Assembly: GCA_016178595.1 (NCBI GenBank)
Contig: JACOSY010000014.1
Coordinates: 4,256 to 68,255, forward strand
Length of the DNA stretch: 64,000 nt
Source: Ignavibacteria bacterium
GTDB taxonomy: Bacteria; Bacteroidota; Ignavibacteria; UBA10030; SZUA-254
Reading direction: 5' to 3'
The notes under the pieces: generated by a model
Database searches by the model: none
The model's input: the letters and a program-made list of their open reading frames with translations, nothing else
Told to the model about the DNA's origin: nothing
Part shown: positions 58,658 to 64,000 of the stretch, one piece after another
Numbering within the stretch: the stretch's first letter is position 1
How the letters are laid out: each line of letters opens with the position of its first letter
Translations under genes and position numbers: made by a program

Positions 58658-59141
58658 GCAGACAACATGTGCGGCCGCGAGATCGTTGATTTCACCGGCG
58701 CAACCGTTCTTCGCACGCCGGTAATGCTTCGAAGCGCAAATGTTTCTATCCGAAGGAGCTTTGCTAAAGAGGGAAGCAACGCATACACAGAACATGCAGC
58801 CCGTGCAAGAGAGCGTGCATGCCGTGCAATCGAACGATGCAGCTCCGCAATCGAACATTGCAGCCCTGCAATCGAGCATTGCAAAGTCATGCACGGTTTC
58901 TGTTAGCTGTTGTCGGATAAGAGGTTAGCCGGGCAGGAAAAATGTACACCCTGCAATCGAAGATTGGACCCCTGCAATAAAGGGTAGCAGGGATGCAATC
59001 AAGCGTAGAAGCCAGGCAATGAACGGAGGCATCTCTGCAATACACGATGCGCGGGTTGAAATGTAACGAGGGGAACGAGCAATAGACAGGGTGCTTACTG
59101 CAATTGAGAGAGGGAGGGGTGCAGTGAACGTTGGCGACAGT
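58658..59141. repeat. 21-nt-periodic array with GCAATnnA core and variable spacers, in two blocks
   Basis: Cores at 58805, 58826, 58847, 58868 and at 58953, 58974, 58995, 59016, 59037, 59058, 59079, 59100, 59121; weaker in-register cores back to 58658. Confidence 0.85.
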
Positions 59142-59297
59142 TCAACTGCCGAACAACAATGAGGTAAGTGACTGGTTTTCTACACTGGAGTGGTGGAACG
59201 AGGAGAGTCACCGTAGTAACCGATTATCGGCCAGCTCTGAACGTTCTTACAGAGATCTCGCCAGGTAAATCGTGACGGGATGACCATTCCACAAAGC

Positions 59298-59353
59298 GAA
59301 CTTAGCCGCGCAGAGTTTACCCCGCATGACTTCCAGCGGGGCTTGCTAAGTTC
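59298..59353. terminator. Nested hairpin just downstream of 59364-63815
   Basis: GAACTTAGC...GCTAAGTTC enclosing CCCCGC...GCGGGG; no U-tract. Confidence 0.45.
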
Positions 59354-59363
59354 GGCGGAATCG

Positions 59364-62300
59364 TCACTTCATCAACACAATCTTCTTCACCGTGTTGTAG
59401 GATCGATTGTCTGCATTATCGATGGCGCTCATCCGCAGGAAGTAGATGCCGCTTGCCGCGCTCGTTCCATCCCATGTCACCTGATAGTAGCCCGCGTCTT
59501 TCGTTTCACTATCGACAAGCCGTGCTACTTCTTCACCCAGCACGTTGTAGATGCTGAGACTAACAACGCCTGGCGCCGCAAGGGCGTATTCAATGTTGGT
59601 GACAGGGTTGAAAGGGTTGGGGTAGCTGCCGCTCAGGCGCGTCTGTGCCGGGGTTCCGCCTTCTTCTCCACCGCCCCCGGTATGAAGCGCACCTTCAACG
59701 TAGCCGCTTCCTGCTGCGCTCACTGAAACTTTGTTCGACGCCGCAGAGAGTAGACAGGTTGAGCCGACTGCCTTCACCTGATAATAGTCTGTTGCCGTCG
59801 GTTGTCCGCCCATGCTTTTCGTCCAGACCTGCACGGCGTAGTCGGTATAGGTGGTGACGCCCGGCGCCGTCAAGCCGATCAACGATGGCGGGAGTGGATC
59901 CGGTCCCGTGCCGCAATCGCCTGTTCCATAAGCGCACGAGTACCGGTAGACCTGGTAGCCCTTGATGGTTCCAGTCGGTGCAGTCCAGTTCAGCTGGGGA
60001 TAGTAGACCCCTCCAACCAGTACCGATGGGGCAGTCAGGTTTGTCGGTGATGAAGGGGCAGTGCCTGTCGCACTTCCTGTCGTGAAGGTCCAGTATGCGG
60101 TAAAGGCTCCTTGCCCCAGTGCACCGAGAGTGGCCGCAACCCGCCAGTAGTAGGTTGTGTTGTAACCGAGAGCGGTACAGGGAATCTCGTAACTGGTAGA
60201 AGTCACCACGCCGTCGCTGACGACGGAGTAGCCCTGAAACGAATTATCGATCGAGACGACGACTTCATAACTTGTTGCACCTGTGACTGCACTCCAGCTC
60301 ACGCTCACCGGCAGTGCGAGTCCCGTTGCTGCGTTCGCAGGAGAGACAAGATTCAGGAACGATGCGGGTGGAATCGTTACCGTGTTGACACTGTAGAGAC
60401 CGCTTCCGGCGGATTTCAAGTACGTACAAGAACGAGTATTGTCCGTTGCACTTTGCGTGAGCACGGCGCTGGGTCCGGCCACAGTCGCTTGAGCATCCAT
60501 GAGCTGTGGCTCGCTCCACTTATCGAGCGAGGGATCGTACTGGCAGGTCACAAGTCCGTTGTTGGTCTGGAAGGTGACGACGACTTGCCCGCCAAGCCCG
60601 TTGGTGTTGTAACGATAGTCTGTGAGTGATGGAGCCTGGGCTGTGAAGCCGGCGCCGAAGCGGTGAAGTATCTCGTAACTACCGGAGACGACAGAAGGGC
60701 TGCTCGATGTACGCTTCTGCACTTTGATACTTGACACCGGACTCAATGAATTATACGTATCTTTGAATTCCCAGGCGATGAAGGAATTACCAAAAGCGTC
60801 CAATACAATCGAAGGATGAAGGTTCGTCTGGGAAGAGACAATAGAATTAATCGCACCGTACGTTGCCCACAAGATTCTGGTGCCGAGTGTGCTCGGGTCG
60901 GCGGGGAATTGATCGAACTTAGCATCGGCGTACTCGACGCCAACTCCGACTTCCTCCCAGGCAATGTAGAGCCGATAAGGTTTTGGATCGCCCGTGATGT
61001 AGCGAGCAGCGATTGCCGGGCTGGAGGAGCCTGTCCCGGTTCCGGGTACGGTACTGATATAGATATTGTTTGGATTTGCAGGCCAGATGACCGCGTACTT
61101 TAGACTTCCGGCGTCGCGCCATGCCATGAAGTAAAAACCCGCTGCTGAGGCAAGAGCGGGAATTGCCGCCTGATCACTTGTAGTTGTAAAGGATTGAATC
61201 GTTCCATGATTCACGAATGCGGGATTATTTGTAAACGATGTGCGAATCTCATGGTACCAACTCGTCGGACTTTGCTGCTGAACATATTCCCAAGCCTCCT
61301 GGTGACTGCCACCATCGTACGTGCTAACCGTTGGACCACGGTAAAAGGTAGATGTCGACGCTATGCCATCGAGAGCAGATTCATTGCTCCACGTGGCACC
61401 GTTGTCGGTTGAGTAGGTCGAAAAGCTCGTGTTGGCACTCTCATACACCAGCCTGAGAACCTGAGACCCGATATACGTGGACAGGAATTTGTGTTGACCT
61501 GAACCGGAGACTGCGGTTGCAATTGAGCTTAGGAGGTGACCTTTATACGAGGCAGTCACAATTCTTTGCGTGCCCGCATGGAATACAACCGGGCTCTCGT
61601 AGTAGCCATTCACGAGGTTGTACGGTAATGTGAGATCCGCATTCTCGGCTGACCAGCCTACAAAACTCCCTTGCTTCGTCTGGCCGTTCACGGTGAAGTC
61701 TTGCGTTGGTAACACGCGCACAGAGTAATAAGGCTTAGATTGATTTTGATCTGTTGGCGGTGTTTGATCCAATAAGACTCCTTTGAATTCAGACCCCGCC
61801 CCACTTGAATTCGTGTTGGGATTGAGCGGTGACGGATAGGCTTTGAACGGAGCAGCCAAAGCCTGATTCTGTAATTTTTGATAGCCCGTGTTGTACGCGT
61901 CCGGCAGCCATGGATCCTTGAACTCAACTACGCTGCCATTCTGCCCTCCATCGAGAAGCTGTGTTTGTATGGTTGCGTTGAGAGCACTCTTGAAGTATCC
62001 TCCTCTTTGGCCTCCAAGGTAGTAGCGGTTGGCGATAAGATTGTCGTAGAGGATGCTGGGTGCACTCGTAAATTCCCACCGCCAGAATTTCTGCGTGGTT
62101 CCTGTCCGATAGTCGGGGTTAGCATAAATGGTCAAGTCGTCACCGGCGTCGAGGTAGAAGGTGGTGGGGTTAGACCACAGTGTCCACGCCGTATAGTAAT
62201 CCCAGGTAGAGAATCCCCCGAAGCCTTGACTTCCTTCATCGATGTGAGCAATGGTGACGGCCGTGCTTCCTTGTCCGATCGTATAAACGGCATCGTTTAT

Positions 62301-63815
62301 AAGACTTGGATTATAACCCGATTTGAATCCTCGTGCTCTTAACCATGTGCTCGTACTGACGGTAATAACGCCGTTGTACAGCGGCGAACTTGTAGTCGGC
62401 TCAGTGCCGTTCGTGGTGTAGTGAATCTCAGCGCCTGCGGTTGCAGAGGTTATTGAGACTGATTGTGCTGTTGTGTATCGACCACCGGCGGGACTAAATT
62501 GCGGCGCTTCGACCGTGGGCAGGTTGGAAATAGTGAATGGAGAACTCATCCCGTATCCACTGACATTATCCAGCATCTTCAATTTATAGTCTCCATTGGG
62601 AATGCTTGTCGATATCGTCCAGTTCCACGGAGGATTGCTGCCTCTCACACTTGTTCCGGAATATGGAAGAGTACTGTAAAAATCATAACCACCGGAAATA
62701 TTTTTCTTATGCAATTCGATAAACATTGCTCCCCCTTTATTGTCTGTCCATGTAACTGCATGAGTGCTGCCTTGGCCCCAGACCACAAGGGCAGCGGGAG
62801 ACGTCACAGTAATGACTCTATTTACATTCCATCCTAAATCCTCAAGCATGCTCAATCCAAGTTCTCCAGGAGAATGGATGGCTTCTGCCATTCCGATATC
62901 CGGTGTCATGAGGGAATTACTGTTCCCGGCGGGGTACGTTCCTTCGTCGAGGTGTGCGATAGAACTGCCTGTAGACCAGTCACTCGGTGCATACAACTTC
63001 GGCAGAGAATTACTGTTCACCCAGTAAGAATTGATTCCGTCAAAATAGATATTATTGGAAACCAGTTCGGCACCTAATTCTCGTGATGGATTAGCATACT
63101 GGGATGTATTCGTGAGTTTATAAATGCTTGTACCGTGATTGTCGCCAACGATACAACCCTTGTCGAAAACGCTGGCGAATCCATTGTTTGGCGATGGAAA
63201 ATTACCCCAGCTTCCGCTCCCGGAGTTGACACCAAACGAGTGGATAAAACCGAGGCCATGTACGAACTCGTGCATAATAATAGATACAAGATCGAACTTG
63301 CCTGCCGGCGGATTGCCGTCAGTACCATAGTACCAGTTACTCTGATTACTATTCACCGTAAGGTCAACTTCGTGTGTAGTGCCATTTCGATTCTGACCAC
63401 TGAGCATCTCCACAAGTGCAATGGGATAGAGAGTGCCCGATTGAGGTGCACTTGGAAAATCCTTATCGTATGATGTGGGAGCTGCTTCCGCTAGTATGTT
63501 ATTGTCACTCAATGCTGTCCAATGCGCGTCGACAGTTATTGTCTGTGATGAATTTATCAAAAAAGACCAGATGGTAAGCGCATACTGAACGGCAGTCTTA
63601 GCACTATCCGGGAAATTTGCATCCGGATTCAGAACAATTGATGAAGTACTGACTTTCGCCAAACCGCTTCTCTCCGTGTAAACAGACGGTGGCCCAACCC
63701 TGGTGAAAGAATTTCTTTGCTTTCCCTCTATCCCCGCGACATGCGATGAATTGTGCTGGGTAAATGCCAAAGACGGTAATAGAAGGATAACGATAAAAAT
63801 GAATGCCGCTTTCAT
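59364..63815 (-). CDS. Secreted multidomain protein: zincin-like domain, chitobiase-C-like domain, Fn3-like domains, T9SS C-terminal domain
   Basis: Signal peptide; HEFVHGLG; PQFSPAGG.Y...IHYTTNGTEPT; SYPNPFNP...KKIVLMK. Confidence 0.9.
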   Translation of the reverse strand: MKAAFIFIVILLLPSLAFTQHNSSHVAGIEGKQRNSFTRVGPPSVYTERSGLAKVSTSSIVLNPDANFPDSAKTAVQYALTIWSFLINSSQTITVDAHWTALSDNNILAEAAPTSYDKDFPSAPQSGTLYPIALVEMLSGQNRNGTTHEVDLTVNSNQSNWYYGTDGNPPAGKFDLVSIIMHEFVHGLGFIHSFGVNSGSGSWGNFPSPNNGFASVFDKGCIVGDNHGTSIYKLTNTSQYANPSRELGAELVSNNIYFDGINSYWVNSNSLPKLYAPSDWSTGSSIAHLDEGTYPAGNSNSLMTPDIGMAEAIHSPGELGLSMLEDLGWNVNRVITVTSPAALVVWGQGSTHAVTWTDNKGGAMFIELHKKNISGGYDFYSTLPYSGTSVRGSNPPWNWTISTSIPNGDYKLKMLDNVSGYGMSSPFTISNLPTVEAPQFSPAGGRYTTAQSVSITSATAGAEIHYTTNGTEPTTSSPLYNGVITVSTSTWLRARGFKSGYNPSLINDAVYTIGQGSTAVTIAHIDEGSQGFGGFSTWDYYTAWTLWSNPTTFYLDAGDDLTIYANPDYRTGTTQKFWRWEFTSAPSILYDNLIANRYYLGGQRGGYFKSALNATIQTQLLDGGQNGSVVEFKDPWLPDAYNTGYQKLQNQALAAPFKAYPSPLNPNTNSSGAGSEFKGVLLDQTPPTDQNQSKPYYSVRVLPTQDFTVNGQTKQGSFVGWSAENADLTLPYNLVNGYYESPVVFHAGTQRIVTASYKGHLLSSIATAVSGSGQHKFLSTYIGSQVLRLVYESANTSFSTYSTDNGATWSNESALDGIASTSTFYRGPTVSTYDGGSHQEAWEYVQQQSPTSWYHEIRTSFTNNPAFVNHGTIQSFTTTSDQAAIPALASAAGFYFMAWRDAGSLKYAVIWPANPNNIYISTVPGTGTGSSSPAIAARYITGDPKPYRLYIAWEEVGVGVEYADAKFDQFPADPSTLGTRILWATYGAINSIVSSQTNLHPSIVLDAFGNSFIAWEFKDTYNSLSPVSSIKVQKRTSSSPSVVSGSYEILHRFGAGFTAQAPSLTDYRYNTNGLGGQVVVTFQTNNGLVTCQYDPSLDKWSEPQLMDAQATVAGPSAVLTQSATDNTRSCTYLKSAGSGLYSVNTVTIPPASFLNLVSPANAATGLALPVSVSWSAVTGATSYEVVVSIDNSFQGYSVVSDGVVTSTSYEIPCTALGYNTTYYWRVAATLGALGQGAFTAYWTFTTGSATGTAPSSPTNLTAPSVLVGGVYYPQLNWTAPTGTIKGYQVYRYSCAYGTGDCGTGPDPLPPSLIGLTAPGVTTYTDYAVQVWTKSMGGQPTATDYYQVKAVGSTCLLSAASNKVSVSAAGSGYVEGALHTGGGGEEGGTPAQTRLSGSYPNPFNPVTNIEYALAAPGVVSLSIYNVLGEEVARLVDSETKDAGYYQVTWDGTSAASGIYFLRMSAIDNADNRSYNTVKKIVLMK

Positions 63816-64000
63816 GACCTGTCTCCCTTTTTGAGATTTTGATTGTTGTTCGTATCTTTTATGAGTTAAACATCTGAAAATGAAAAGCCCTCAGAAAACA
63901 ATCTGTTCTTCGAATGATTCTCCGGCGAAGAACGTTGATGGATAGAAGCTTTGGCAGCGTTTGTTTGTGTTCCAATCAAGACGATCTACAGTGCACGCTC

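Noticed and set aside
58580-58928. Short ORFs over array block A (58601-58906 +, 58642-58890 -, others)
   Set aside because: They overlap each other, lack a clear SD, are Cys/Arg-rich by-products of the repeat, and none extends into block B
58658-59141. CRISPR array
   Set aside because: The conserved core is only 5-8 nt, the period is 21 nt, and there are no cas genes
58141-59356. Integron cassette (GTTAGGC at 58141, GCCGAAC at 59148, GTTCGGC at 59350)
   Set aside because: The implied attC would be about 209 bp, the GTTC pairs locally with 59298, and no integrase is in the window

Overview
Bacterial chromosomal window, probably Ignavibacteria or a related Bacteroidota-Chlorobi lineage. This is inferred from four proteins ending in T9SS 'NYPNPFNP...KKMLLLK'-type sorting domains and from MIGQTISHYKILEKLGEGGMG-type Ser/Thr kinases. 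It holds about 40 CDSs: housekeeping genes (purF, pgsA-like, ftsY, dipeptide epimerase, mutL, methylmalonyl-CoA mutase), a TonB receptor-YfiR-histidine kinase-response regulator operon, an ECF sigma/anti-sigma pair, a GH47 mannosidase, a Y-family polymerase, four T9SS cargo proteins and several gene remnants. I saw no rRNA, tRNA, CRISPR array or transposase. Two structures stand out. (1) At about 58.66-59.14 kb, a roughly 500 bp array with a 21-nt period (GCAATnnA core plus variable spacers) lies directly upstream of a small helical hypothetical gene. (2) At 10.0-18.25 kb, a Ser/Thr kinase array has nine copies of the start motif ATGATHGR that delimit kinase genes and short hairpin-bearing mini-ORFs, almost all joined by ATGA stop/start overlaps like a cassette array. 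Family names come from motif recognition, not database searches.
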